A DNA stretch of 64,000 bases from Hydrolagus colliei (GCA_035084275.1 CM068769.1:1488001-1552000); one strand, 5' to 3'; shown: positions 48,701 through 62,800, counted from the stretch's first letter. Program-made: numbers and translations. Notes: generated from the sequence alone by a model not told the origin.

Positions 48701-49356
48701 TGTCACCTGTGTTAATGGCACCCTGTGTTGAGGAAGCGCTGGTGGTTTAGTGGGAGAATGTTTGCTGGGAAGCAGTAAGATACCATGAGGAGGACTGAAC
48801 AGGCAATGACATAAACAGGTTGCCATACACTGTGAGTGAGCTGGTCTGAGATTGATGTACAACCTTTGTTTCTCTGTCACTGGGCGTCATCTTCACTGCT
48901 CTGCCATCTCGCTCCTCCATTGGCTCACTTCTAACACTGACATGCCTTTGATCAGCTGGATGGCAGACACCTGCAGCAAGATAGATCGATAGATGCATTA
49001 CATGACGTCCAAACACATACATGAGTTCCACACATCTGTACAATCTGTGCACTCATGTAGTTTAATGGTATCAACACTCGCCTTACAAGCACTTTGCCTG
49101 CGTTTGATGCCTGCCAGAGCGACACGTTGGTCAAGTTTACTTACTCAACACCCCGACCGAGGATCACCGAGAGTAAGTAGGATTACGGTTGATAATGGAT
49201 TAAAGAGCAACTTTCCAGGGAAACAATCTCTCCCAGCATAGGGAACTCGATCCGCGTCCGTGTATAGGACAATGCTGTGCCGAACTGAATGCCTCGTTTT
49301 GCCTGCAAAACAAAAAGTAAGTACATTTTACATTGTACACTGTGAAGTGATTTATA

Positions 49357-49420
49357 TCCATCCATCCATCCATCCATCCATTCATCCATCCATCCATCCA
49401 TCCATCCATCCATCCATCCA
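49357..49420. repeat. (TCCA)n microsatellite
   Basis: About 16 tetranucleotide units. Confidence 0.95.
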
Positions 49421-49882
49421 TGTATATATTACAAAATAGGTAGGAGGAGGTGCTCAGAGGAACTCCCACAGTGTGTGTGTATGGGGTTAGATAATTCCTT
49501 TATTTGTGTTGATCCCGTTCCTCACATCAAAAGCTCTCAAGAATCTCGCACCACCCTACATTCGTGACTTCCTATCCCTCCTATCTCATTACCAAACTGC
49601 CCGCTCCCTTCTTTCGGCTGGATCTGACCTGCTCTACGTCCCAAGACCGACCCTCCCAACCAATCGCGGGCGAACCTTCAACCACTCTGCCCCCAATATC
49701 TGGAAATCCATCCCGAATTCATTCCGCCACAGTTTGTACTGAGAAGTGAATTGACTGTATGCGCTACTATATAAACGTGGCAAGCCACTTCCTCTATTTT
49801 GCAAACCTAGTACTTTACACATTGAACTGCAGTCACCTTAGCATGTTTTTGTACAGGTCCTTCGTAAACACACATCACTGTG

Positions 49883-50326
49883 CTCTCCGCACAGAAGTAA
49901 GTGGCGGAGTCAGACACTCGCACGTCTCCGATCGATAACGTGCTGTTTTTTCCAACAGTCAAAGCATTTATCCTGTCCTGCTGCTTCATCGCTCTCGATC
50001 CCAACACCAAGTAAATAATGGAGCCGTTTCCATGCTGTTTGTACCATTGAAACGCTGGGCTGGACACTGTGGTGCTGCACTTCATAAATACATTCCCATT
50101 TTCATTCTCTGTCAGAGTCTGAGGTCTCTGTGACACTTCACTTTCAGCCAAGACACCTGGGGACATAGAATATTATTGGATAGTAATTCATAAAATGTCT
50201 GCAATAAAATTTGTAATTATGTACCAGGCAAAACAGAATGCGTGTGTCCAATCTGATACTCTACTTACACAAGATTGTTGCAATTAAATAAAAAATTATA
50301 TATGGTGCATTAAATTCCTGCTTCAT
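49883..50326 (-). CDS. TCR alpha/delta V gene (family B), apparently functional: leader 50269-50326, V exon 49883-50156
   Basis: Leader MKQEFNAPYIIFYLIATIL+T|GTAAGT. V exon VLAESEVSQRPQ...FMKCST...FQWYKQ...DSATYFCAES. RSS CACAGTG (49882-76), 23 nt, ACAAAAACA. Confidence 0.9.
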
Positions 50327-51744
50327 TCTCAAGTCTTTTCTATTCGCGTCAAAATGTCTTATTGATGTACAGTGGGAAATCAGCTACTGGCTGATAAATG
50401 TTTGCAATTTTTTGTGGAACGAAGTTAGCCATGCAGATTATAAGTAGATTCTCAGTGACACCTTCACACACTTCTCACTTCCTGTATGTTTGCTTCTGCA
50501 GAATTCATTCGCCAATTGGCTAGCCACTTGCTGCTGGTTAGCGGAGGTTTGCATGTGTGTGAAGTTAGCAATCGTGACTTATGTTTCTCCCACCCTAATT
50601 GGTTCCCAATCAGGCGATAGGTTGGGCAAATATACTTACTCCATACACGCACACCTCATTTTAGTTTACAATAACGAGGAAAACGCAGCTTAGTCCATTG
50701 GTGGTTCACTTTGCTGGGGATAATATTCCCCATCTCCAATATGTTCTACATCAAAGGCAAGCAACACTAAAATAATCATTAATATTGATAATATAATTAC
50801 TACCATTATTATTAATATCGCTGTCCAGTCATCTATGTAATTATTTGTACGCCTTGAAGCATGTAAACAATATAATTCTTCTGCACCTAAGTTTAATTAA
50901 TTGTTGTCAGTTTTATCGTGTTCCCAATCTACACTGAAACAAACTAACTTACTGTAGTTACCAAAATCCAATGCAATTGTTAACAAAGTGAGATCCGCTA
51001 GAATGCGGATGCTTATGTTGGAGAAAGGCAATCAGATGAATATATGACATCCCTATTACTTTTCGAGCAAACTAAGCGTTGCGATTGTCATGGTTACGGT
51101 TTAGACAAACCTTTGAACATTTCAGCAGAAGCAGCAATAATACGTACGATTTAACCAATGTGGACTGTAACAGGAAGCACCTGTTATAGCTGTCAAGGTA
51201 GATTGACACAGAATGGAACGTGGCAAGCTATGTCAATTGCAGATGATGTTATATGTGTGTTTTGTCTGCCATCTGCTGGTGGACTGTAGCTACTGCAGGA
51301 GCATAAGTTAAAAGCAAAATTTTTTTTTCGTCCCTACATAACGTTCCTGGACCTATTGTCTCCAATGGAAATTGATAGCTTAATTCCATTTACATGCTTT
51401 TTCCTCGTATTGTTTGTGCTTTAATGGGACACTCGAATTCATTCTCATTCTAAGTCTCTTACTATGACATATCCCTGATAATTGTTTCTCCACTTTAATT
51501 CTATTCCTTGCTCTGATCCTGTAAACGTTGATTAAATTTGGTTCACCTTGAGCTGGCATTCACCGTTTACATGACAGCAGCACAATAGTTACATGTGTGT
51601 GGCACTATTCATTTGGCGATGATGTCACAATGCAGTGTATTTACTACTACTTCAACAAAGGATTCACATTTGGGACGTCCTCCCGACGTGACAGGCACTA
51701 TGTAAGTACAATGTTGTTGCTGTTGTTCACGTCGGATGGACGTC

Positions 51745-52190
51745 CGAAGCCGCTGACCAGTCAGCTCGGGAACTGAGCAATGGAGAGTGCAGGGTAGTGG
51801 GGAGGGTCGTGAGGGAGGTGACACTGGAGGGCGAGAGTTAGCAGCGAATGGACAGAGTGAGCAGGGCAGGAGAAGGCACGGTCGAAGAGTAGCGTCTTGA
51901 GACCGATATTGAAGGAGGCTTTGGAGGCGGGCAGGTAGTCAGTCGAAGGAACTGTGGGAAGTAGTTCCAGAGAGCAGCGAATTAAAATCCTTCCACCGAT
52001 AATAGGGCGGGTCAGGCGGGGGACAAGGAGCAGATCGGATCCCGCTGAACGGAGGGGGAGTGGAGATTAATGGTACGACAGCAGATCGGAGAGCTGGTGG
52101 TTGGTAGGGGTGGCGAGGGGTTGGATCACGGGGCTGGCAAGGCCGTGCATGGCCTTAAAGGTGTGGAGGAGGATTTTGAATTGGAAAACT
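51745..52190 (-). mobile_element. L2 LINE 3' fragment
   Basis: Reverse complement of the L2 terminal region (TTCAAAATCCTCCTCCACACCTTTAAGGCCATGCACGGCCTTGCC...). Confidence 0.6.
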
Positions 52191-52732
52191 GCATGAGAAT
52201 TGACAAACAATCTGCATTTTTATTTTTGTCACATAAATAATAAACTTTGTCCTCAATTCCTATTGCGTCATGGACCAACACAATCATGTCTTCAGTCTCT
52301 GTTTTTTTTCGAACCATTGATTGAACCTGTTGTATCTGCACATCCAGAACTGGTGTCACCTCTAAGCCACAGATGTCAAGCAGAGCATTGTTCATCGAAA
52401 AGCCCAACAAACCAGGACCTTTGAATTTATGTCAGTGACAATAATATGATTATGTTTTATACACAAATTAATACTAGCATTTGACTAAGCACCATATCAC
52501 ATATTTTACAGTAATTTGTACCAATGGAAAACGAATGTACAAATCAACTCACAAACAGGTTTGAATTTAATACTGGGTAAACGGTGCAGATTAAGAAAAC
52601 TTCAACACAGATTCGTTCTGCATGGAATTGAACCCAGTTTCCTCGCTGGCGATATGAGTGCTCTAAAAACTGAGCTATATAACTACACTGGGCAGTTTTT
52701 GTAGGGCGGAAGCGCTGATCTGTGTCTCTGTA

Positions 52733-53570
52733 GGGCTCATTTCACAGTAATACAGCGCCGAGTCATTAACTCTCACTTCAGTTATATTTATCGGGACAGT
52801 TCTTCCCACTTTATCCACCATCGTTGAGAATCGTTTGTTTGTAAAGTCGGCGTATTGTGGTCTATTGCTAGTGGACGTCGAAAGGATATTTTCTGGGGCT
52901 GTGTTTGGATAATGGCGGTACCAGAACAGATAAAGAATGCTTGTGCCTGTAGCTGTATAATTACACCTCTGATACACATCCTCCCCTTCCTTCACTGTCA
53001 CGGTAGATTGGAGCTGCGTCACAGAGTCTCCTCCACAATATCCTGGAAATCAGACACATGTCAGCGTTCCGTAGAATAACACCAATAACAAGAATAATGT
53101 AGGCATATGACAAAACTACATCTTGCGTCTTCATGTTAATTAAACGTTTACTACTGAATGTAGTTTAACGCATACTGTCGGTTTACTTTACGGTCGAAAC
53201 GTAGTAGACATTTGTACACAATAGTGTTCCACAAACAGTCGTGGATTGAGTAACTGTATTAACATTATCAGTATCACATATTGACAGATAATTACCCCCC
53301 AATAAAGCAATCGGCCAACGGACCATATTCGAAATTACTTCCCAGGAATCACAGCAATGCGTGATGAGTGACAAAACTTGCCTAATGTTTCGCGCTGTCC
53401 GTGCCGTGGAAGGATCCCAGATAATCTCGATTGTGACAGCTCTATAAAGCTTGTTGTGTATTCATTATCTTAACCAATAAACACTGGATAATAAGTTCAG
53501 TTGGCTGACTATACAATGAGTGTATGGCTTACCTCAAGGCAGTGATGGCTGCTGCCACATATATATACAT
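52733..53570 (-). pseudogene. TCR V (family A) with intact V frame but dead RSS and out-of-phase leader: V exon 52733-53042, leader 53533-53570
   Basis: GYCGGDSVTQLQ...YQRCNY...LFWYRH...DSALYYCEMSP. Heptamer TACAGAG (CAC lost), 23 nt, ACAAAAACT. Leader is 38 nt (phase 2) vs 40 nt in the paralog at 48661. Confidence 0.78.
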
Positions 53571-54768
53571 TGCCGTGTATATGTAAAGGGCGCTGATAGT
53601 TTAGTTGGAGAATGTAGGCCGGGAAGCGGTAATATACCGTGAGGAGAGCTGAACACTAAATGACAAAGAGGGAGCAGGTCTGAGGTTATGTACACACCTT
53701 GCGTTTCTGTCAATGTGCGTCATCCTCTCTGCTCTGCCATCTCGCTTCACCATTGGTTCTCTGCCATCACTGACGTATCTTTGATCCACCGGGTGTCTGA
53801 CACGTAGCAATATGGTTGTTAGTCAACCAGTGAGTACGAGACACTTTAACTCCATTTTTCAACTCGGTGTTCAGAGCACTAGATTTTCAAGTGTGTTCGA
53901 GTGCACGCAGAACAGGGCGAAAGCTTGGACAAGTTTCATTACACCACACACATGCCTAGTACTAATCCGTGCAACAAAACCCATCACAATAATAGAATTG
54001 GTGATTTCAATCCACGATTGTTTGTGGGTCTGGCAGCCGCGTTTCGCCCACAACTATACAGTCAGTTCACTTTACAGTATACTCTGTGAAGCGCTTTAAG
54101 ACTTCGATAAGATGTGAAAAGCGCTGTATCAAGTGCAATAATTCTTCTTCTTATTATTAATTAATGTTTGTTTCCAGGGGCATCATTCTATTGTTAAATA
54201 AGTAAATGAAAACACGTCTGTCTGTGGGACAATGCTGTTGTGTACGTTTGGTTGACAATCGAGTGATAATGTTTTTTGAATGGATTACCATCCTGCAAAA
54301 GTCGACATGCTAATTGACTATTAAATGGGTCCCTACTCACACTTCGGCAAACAGACAACAATACTAATAATCTATGCGTTCGACATAGTGCCTTACCACG
54401 TCATCGAGACGTCGAGGAGCGCTTCCCTGGTTGCAATGTGCTTTGCGTTTTACTTTATATGTTATCGGATAAATGCGGCACATACCTGCGCACAGCTGTG
54501 TCTCGCAAAAAGTCGGACATTGAAGTGATCATTTTAATTTGGAATTATGACACGCGGAAAAGCCATCCACTATTAGAATAATAAACTGATTCCTATTAAC
54601 TCCTATCTACTCAGAAGCGTGTGGTGCTAGAAAATATTGACCGAGTTTTGTGCCTGCTGGGATACGAACCAGCAATTTTATCGTTTGTGAAACGCGTGCT
54701 TTAATCATTGAGCTAAAGCAGCCTCAGCATGTTTTTGTACAGGCTACTCTCAGACACGCAGCACTGCG

Positions 54769-55231
54769 CTCTCTGCTGCACAGAAGTAAGCGGCCGTGTC
54801 TGTCACTCGCACGTCTCTGATTGTCAGTGTGCTGTTCTTCGCTTTTGTATCAGCCAAAGCACTTATCCTCTGCTCCGCCTTTACCTCTCTTTTTCCCAAC
54901 ACCAATAACGCTATGGAGCCGTTTCCATACTGTTTGTACCATTGGAAGTTGCGGACTTCTACATTGGTCCTGCATTCTATAAATACATTTCCAGTTTCGT
55001 TCGCTGCCATGGACAGAGGTCTCTGTGTAACTTCGCTTTCAGCCCAAACACCTGCGAAATACAAATGAAGAATGTAGGAGAGAAAGTTGGGGAAAACAAA
55101 CACCACCATCGACAAATTTTATGATTTCACAGTAAAGCAAAGATGTGATTCTCCCAATAAATAGTTTGCTTACATAGCAGTGTTGTCATTAACTTTACAA
55201 ATATATATATTGGATTCAAATTCGGTTTCAT
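54769..55231 (-). CDS. TCR V (family B), open frame, RSS heptamer mutated (probably non-rearranging): leader 55174-55231, V exon 54769-55051
   Basis: Leader MKPNLNPIYIFVKLMTTLL+T|GTAAGC. V exon VWAESEVTQRP...IECRT...FQWYKQ...DTAAYFCAAES. Heptamer CGCAGTG (54768-62), 23 nt, ACAAAAACA. Confidence 0.8.
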
Positions 55232-55942
55232 TCTCTGGTTGGAACGTTACGAGCGTTCGGCAAGGTTGACTGGAGTCGTTAGCTGTGCAGATGGTAATTA
55301 TATTCTCGATCACGGCTTCACCCACAGCTCACTTCCGGCATGTTTGCTTGTGGTAAATTGTGCATTCATTAGTAGACTTTCATCAGTGCTCATGCTTACT
55401 GCTGGGTAAACAGTGCCATGTGTGTGGATGAAAGTAACCGTGCGCAGACTTTCTGCTTAGTCGAGCAGGGAATACAAGTCCATATCTGCACTTACCAAAG
55501 CCAATTTCTGGGTGAGCGTCACGACAGTTGGAACTCAAAACATTCCTATTGCTACAACCACCCCATTCGTCAGGGTTTTGGCTTGCAGGATTAATAGGAG
55601 CAGAGTGGAATGACTCCACTTTAATCGTGACTTGTCTGCTCTTCTAGGTTCTACTGATGAACCAGCCTGGTCTACCCTGTCATCCGCAGTTTCGTGAAAT
55701 AATGCGAACTTGTCTACCTAAAGAACATGTCTACCACTGCAACTGGACTAGAGACCGTCGCAGATAGATGGATAAATTCTGATATTCCGTTACAAAATTC
55801 AAGATAATCTGCCGTAAGAACTGCTTCCCTCGCATAAGTAGGAGAAGTGATTTAGCTCAGACTATTGTGGACATTTACATAGTACAAAGGCACCCTCTTT
55901 CGGCAGTAAAGCGCTACTGCGTTTTTTCATTTTTTATTGAGT

Positions 55943-58900
55943 AACAACAACAACAACAAATTACATTTATAAAGCGCATTTAACGTCGTTGGGACGTCCC
56001 AAGGCGCAGCACAGGAGGCGTGTGATCCGAGCTGGGAGGTGAGTGTACGCGGAGGGGTGAAACACGTAGGGGAGGTCGAAAAATTCTGAGTGGAACAAAA
56101 GGCACGGTCGAAGAGGAAAGTCTTCAAACCGGCCTTGAAATTGGAAAGGGAAGAAACGAGACGGAGCGATTGAGGGATGGAATTCCATACGCTGGGAGCG
56201 GTAAAACTGAAGGCCCGTCCTGTGATGGTGGGGCGGTTCGGGCGGGGGTTTTAGAGCAGGTCAAGTACTGCTGGACGGAGGGTCCGAGTGGGATTGTAGG
56301 GGGAGAGTAGATTGGTTAAGTAGGGCGGGGCAAGGCCATGTAAGGCATTGAAGGTGAGGACGAGGATCTTGAATTCGATCCTCTGGAGGATGGGGAGCCA
56401 GGGGAGACGGGCTAGTGTGGGGGTAAAATGGTCGCGAAACCGGGTGCGGGATAATACACGGGCTGCAGCCTATGATTAACGTGCAGCCTATGAATGGAGG
56501 AGCTGGGGAGGCCGACGAGGAGAGCGTTTCCGTAGTCCAGCCTTGAGGTAGTGTGTTTGTGCACGAGTGTTTCGGTAGCGTGGGGGGTAAGATAATTGCG
56601 GAGCCTGGCAATATTGCGCAGGTGGAAATAAGCGGTGCCGGTCAAGGCACGCATGTGGGGGAGGAAGGAGAATTTTTGGTCGAACGTGATGCCGAGGTTC
56701 CTGACTGGCTTTATGAGGTGGAGAGTACAGCCTTGGATGTTGATGCTGGCAGCGCCCGATGTGCGGAGGCGCTGGTTTGTGCCAATCAGCAGGGCCGCGG
56801 TTTTACTCACGTTCAATTGCAGGAAGTTTTGCCTCGTCCAGGACTCGATGTCGGACAGACACGCTGTCAGAAAATCGATGGCCTGGGGGTTGAGGTATGA
56901 GGCAGAAAGGTACAACTGGGTGTCGTCCGCATACATGTGGAAATTTACCCCATGTTTGCGGATGGCATCGCCCAGAGGGAGCGTATAAATGGTGAAAAGG
57001 AGGCGGCCGAGGACAGAGCCCTGAGGGACGCCGTGAGAAACTGGGCGGAGGTTTGAGGAAAAACACATTGGAAGATACAACGTGTAAACGGTGGGTGAAA
57101 TAAAAATGGAACAATTCAAGGACTGTGCCTTGAAGGTTGAGGTGGGAGGAAAGACGTTGGAGGAGGATGGTGTGATTGACTGCGTCGAACGCAGCAGATA
57201 GGTCAAGGAGGACGAGGAGGCAAAGGGAGCCTGGTCACAGGCGGTTAGGATATCATTTTTAACCTTAACTAGGGCAGATTCTGTGCTGTGAATAGGGCGG
57301 AAACCTGATTGGAGGGGTTCAAGGAGTGAGTGAGTTGAAAGGAAAGAGCGGAGCTGGTAGGCAACCACTCTTTCAAGGACCTTGGATAAAAACGGGAGGT
57401 GGGAAATGGGTCGATAGCTTGATGGTTGCGACGCATCAAGGGAGGGTTTCTTCAGGATAGGCGTGATAGTGGCCGTTTTAAGGGTGATAGGGACGGTACC
57501 TGAGGAGAGGGAAATGCTGATGATGTCAGAAATGAACGGGTCCAAAACGTGGAGCTGGGTGTGGAGTCGGGGGGGTGGATATGGGTTCCACTGAGCATGT
57601 GGTGGGTTTCATGGAGGTGATTATTTTTGTGATTAAAGACGGGTTAGTGGGGTTGAAATTATGAAATAGGGTGTGGGTGGTGGTTGATGAAACGGATGGA
57701 GGTGCGGAGGTGGAGGAGAGGTCGGGGGAGGAATCCGCGGAGCGGAGTTTCTCTATTTTGGACTCGAGGAAGTCCAACATCTCCTTACAAAGTTCGTTTG
57801 AGGAGAGAATCTGCAAACGAGACGGGGGAGCGGAGGAGCTGGTTGGTGGTGGCGACAAGGAGGCGGTGGTTGTCCTTCGCTTCCAGGATTATCGTGGAAT
57901 ATAAAGCTGATTTGGCGGTGGCTAGGTCGGAGCGGTAAAATTTTATGCGGTCCAGCCAGATTTGCCGGTGGACCGTGAGGCCAGATTTGAGCCAGGTGAG
58001 TTCAGCTGCTCTCACTTGGCTTTTGAGGGAGCGGAGGTTAGTTGTGTACCACGTTGATTATCGGGAGTGGGAGACGGTTGTGGAGGTGAGGGTGGCCAGG
58101 TGTCGAGGCTAGTGGAGAGGGTGTTATGGAGGGCGGTGGTGGCGGATGATGGGTCGGTGCATAAAGAGTGCCACTTTGGGAGGAGGTCGGAGGTTTCGAG
58201 GGCAGAGTTGAAAGTTTGAGGGGGAATCTTCTTCCAGGGATGGTAGAAGATGGTGGTCGGTTTGGAGTTGGAGGGGGGATGGATAGAGGTGTTGAAAGAA
58301 ATGAAAAAATGGTCTGAAATGGCCTTGTCGATGATGGTGACGCCAGAGACGTTGAGGCCTCGGGTGAACACCAGATCGAGCGGATGTCCATGGGCGCGGG
58401 TGGCACTGTTAATGTGAAGGGAGAAGTTGAAAGACGAAAGTAAAGAGGAGAATTCAGAGGAAATGGGGTCACGAGGGAGTGAAATGGAGGTTGACGTCGC
58501 CAAGAATGTTGAGGCGATCAGAGGAAACGCAAAGGGAGGTTAAAAGTGAAGAGAAATCTGAAATGAAAGTGGGGGAGGGTTTGGGGGGGCCATGAACTAA
58601 TAGGATTTTGAAGGAAATGTGGGAGGAGTGAGAGAGGGTGAACTGTTCTAAAGAGGGGAAAAAAACGGAGGAATAGAGGGATAGGGCGAGGGATGAATTT
58701 GAAACGAGGGCCACACCACCGCCTCGACGGTTGGGTCGAGGGGCATGGAGGAATTTGTAATTGGGTGGTGTTGCATCTACGAGTGCGAAAGTGTCGCCTA
58801 GGGTAATCCCGGTCTCCGTCAGGGCCATGATGTCAAAGTTCTCAACCAGGATGTGATCGATGATGGCCAGGGTCTTGTTGCAGACAGAGCGGACATTTTG

Positions 58901-59846
58901 GAGGCCGATGCGGAAAAAGCAGTTGGCCGAGGGTTGAGAGGGGGGGCTGGGATGGTCGGCGGGGAGGGTGTGGATCTGGATAAGGGAGGAGAGGTTGACC
59001 GCCCGGGTTTGTATCCGGTGGGGCTGGCGGTGATGGTGGGGGACAGGGCACTTGGGGTGGCTGCTGTTGGACAGCCAGCGCCGAGTGCCACGGTGAGCCC
59101 GACGGAGAACTCCAAAACTGGAACAAAGGTAAGCGGTGGGAGGGTCGAGCAGGGACAGTAGTCGACGAGGGCGAAGAGAAAGAAGGGTAGAGAATGAATA
59201 ACGGAGAGGGGGGATTGCGGTGAAAGAATTGAGGAGGGGAGGGAAGCTCGGGTCATGGCGGCAGCCATATTGCGCACGCGGGAGATCAGGAGGGAGGGAT
59301 CAATGGGGCGGCATCATCCAAAGCGATGTGAGGCCGTGACAGGGGGATGCAGAGGCGTTGCGGTCTGGAGCCTGGCCGGGACTGAGGCCGAAGCTGGGAC
59401 TGTGGGTTTCAGGGCCAGTTGGGACAGCTGCGTGGGCCCGGGCCATGGGTCGACGGCTCAAGGCTGGTGCTGGGAACGGGGTAGAGAATCTCGGGGCTGT
59501 GTGTCTTGAAGCCGGTCTTGGAGCCGGGGATGAGGGTCACGGAGCTGTTGGTCGCGGGTCTGGAGCCGGTGGCTGTGGTTCCTGGGGCTGTGAGTCTCGG
59601 TGCTGGAGCCGGGGCTCCGGGTTCTGGGGCTGTGGCTGGAGTCGGTGCTGTGGGTCCTGATGCTGGGGCTGGGGCTGGGGCTGGGGCTGTGGGTCTCGGT
59701 GCTGGTGCCAGGTCGAGCAATATCTGCTATGTGGACTTCTTAATCTCATGCTGCACAGAGACAGCTGTGAGTCTCGGGGGAAAGAAGGGACACACAGAGG
59801 ATAGCCTAGACATGTCCTCTATGTGTCCCTCTCGCCGCCATTTTTA
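55943..59846 (-). mobile_element. L2-clade LINE, apparently full length but frameshifted (copy 2)
   Basis: (TTG)n tail at 55943-55960; RT with HGVPQGSVLG and [11 protein letters not shown]; endonuclease at ~58000-58930; 5' end AAAATGGCGGCG at ~59846. Confidence 0.88.
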
Positions 59847-62800
59847 AAAGCTGCAGCATCATGCCAGTTTGCCAAATAATGTACCAATGGTCACTGTAGC
59901 CTGAGAAGTTTATTGACTCTGAATTTCTCCGGTACAAGAAAAATAAATCATATGTCAACCATAATACTGCGAAATTTACCGATATCGCAAACAGTAAAAT
60001 AATGGCTTTCCTTTGGTTCTTCATCTCTGGATCACTGTCTCCCTCACCTCTATTCCTGTCCCCATCACTGTGTCCCCGCAATCTCATGCGGGCTCGACTG
60101 GCCACTAGGATGTGCCTGACAGTCAGGGCCTTGAACAGCAAAATCCCAACGAATGGGAGAATTTGGTTTAAAACAAGTTCGAGGAGGTCAAACACATTCC
60201 ATGGGATAAACCAGTAAACGCTTGCTTTGGTCACGCAAATCCACGATATGCTGTCAAATATGAACTCTGGTTCATAGACAAAGTACCAGGGAATGTTTAC
60301 CCCAATGAAGAACACACTGAGCCCCGCGATCACCGCAGCAGCTGTTTTTGCGGTGCAATATTTAGTTTTCAGTTGTTGGCAGCAGATGGCGACATAACGA
60401 TCGAAGGCTAAAGCCACAGTTAGCCAGACAGAGTTTGCCGATGCTGCAGTACTCAGTGCCTCGAGCAACGAGCAAACATATGTGATGTTCACGAATGAAT
60501 ATGGGATGTAGAAAGGAACAATGCCATAGAAAATCACCACAAAAATTGCCATCATCAGATCAGGCACTGACATGGCCAGCAGATAGTGCGAGATACATTT
60601 TGAAAGACCGCACCTCCATCGGGACAGGATCAGAATGGCTACCATGTTAGCTGCAGAGAGAGTGAAGGTAAAATGACCAGTTCTAATAATCAATTTCTAC
60701 AGTTCATTTTCTGCTGGTAAAGTAATATTTTCTGCTGCGCTTTCTATTGGGTACTTTTCGCTTCTCTCACACGAAGTCACTATTTTTGCGACATCAAAGT
60801 GCGATGGAGAGAAGTCTGGCTCGCTGCCCATCGCCATTTATCACATTCACACACCCATACAGAAGCAGAAATAGATGCACAGACAGCGGGAAATGCACTG
60901 ACATGAAGACGGAAAAAGAGCAAGAAACAAAGACGGAACCCACAGGACGATGTAGAGAAAAGTAAATTCAGGCAGAAATGCAGAAATACACTTTTCTGTA
61001 TAGCGGCACAAAGATCTCTACCCGTTCTGAGAGAGAGAGACCATCACAGACAAAGGGGGAATGGGAGATACAGAGACACAACTACACAGAGAGTTAAACA
61101 CAGACACAATGAGTTTAGTACAGAGATACAGCAAGACAGATAGATGCGCTCAGACTGACAGATAGAACGTTATTCAAGGACAGAGGGAGAGAATCACTGA
61201 TACAAAGAGAAATGCACAGAGACAGATTCACATAGTTATATATATGCACACAGGCAGAGAGATAGACACATCGCCTAAATACACGTACACAAACATACCG
61301 ATGAATTAGACAGTTATGCACACAGAGAGAGATAAAATTACATACAAGGTGAGAAAGATTCACCGACAAATAGACACAATTCCACACACAGGGAATGGTA
61401 GTAACTATTTGAAGAAGGTTTGGATGTAGATCGATACATAGATAAACAAACACACGCAACTAGAGAATGAGAACAGAGGGGGGGGGGGGGGGGGCGGGTG
61501 GTGGGGATGGACGCAGAGACAAATAGAAGAACAGCCACATGCAGAGAGATACGCAAACACAAAGAAGTACAGAATGAGACAGGGAGACAGATATAGGTCT
61601 TGTGGGGTCAGTCTAGAACGAGACACATGTAAAAACGTTTCACCTGCACAGCAGTAAACAAAACCAACTAAGACTTCCATGAATCTCAATTTTACATGTA
61701 AGTCCCATAGATAGATTGCTCGAAAATAATGCAGAGAAAAGCTATCTCTACCTATGTCTGCTTATCTCTTTGTCCATGCGTAGCTCTTCCTCTCTCCCTC
61801 TTTCTCTCTCTCTCTCCATAGGCGGTGGTGTTCATGTCCGTATTTCAATATATAGCTCTATTTCTGTATCACTGCAAATCTCTCTCTCACTACCTGTGTG
61901 CAATGTGCTTTACTTGCATATTCTTATGGATGGCGATATGATTCCTCAAGGACTCAAGCCCCCCAGCTGACCAAACTAAATCCATATAAACAGTTATGTG
62001 TGGAGTAAAGAAACTTGCCTCATGTTTCCCACTACTTCGCATTGAAACCCGGCCCTCCGGCTTGACAGTTCAATGCTGTAGTAAGGGAGAGAGGGGAATA
62101 CGGATAGCGGAAAGACAGCTCACAAGATACATGGAGAAGGAGATTGATATCAATGGAAAGAGAGAGTGACACACATACATAGAGAAATAGGTACTCACAG
62201 TCACATATAGAGCGAGAGAGATAGACACAGATGAACAGATGAAGAGACAGCGAGATGTAAACAGGTAAAAATGTTGACGTACAATGTGCAATAAACACGG
62301 TCAGAGAAAATGTAGCACGCAGTTTGGGACAGCAGAGGACACGTGCCGCTGGACTCTGGATCCTCAGCAGACTGGGGAGGGAGTCATTGGGAAGACCGTC
62401 CAACAGTGTATTTGCATTCCCAGCCGGAATGTAATGAAGACATGAATGAGGCTATCAGCGGCTTTGAAGTGGTGCTTTATTGGCGGAGTCGCAGAATGTG
62501 GGTTAGACGAGGAAATGAAGTGGGTGGCATTGCTTGGATGTGATGGAGGCAAGACACATGAGTGTCGAAAAAGACAACAAGGTATCTGAGTGACATGATG
62601 AGGTCAAGTGAGCAACGATGGAAGTTGACACTGTCAGCGACGGATGCATCTTGACGCTGGCGCGAGCCAATCAACAGTCAATGTATAGAAATAGATAGAT
62701 AATAACAGAGAGATGAAGGGATGCACTGAGACAGCGAGAGTCTAACCACGCAGAAAGAAAAAGAGAGATAGACACGGAGAGAAATGGACACAAAGAGGCA

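Noticed and set aside
55700-55942. Remainder of GPCR TM7/C-tail beyond the L2 tail
   Set aside because: No GPCR-like continuation or target-site duplication could be seen there.
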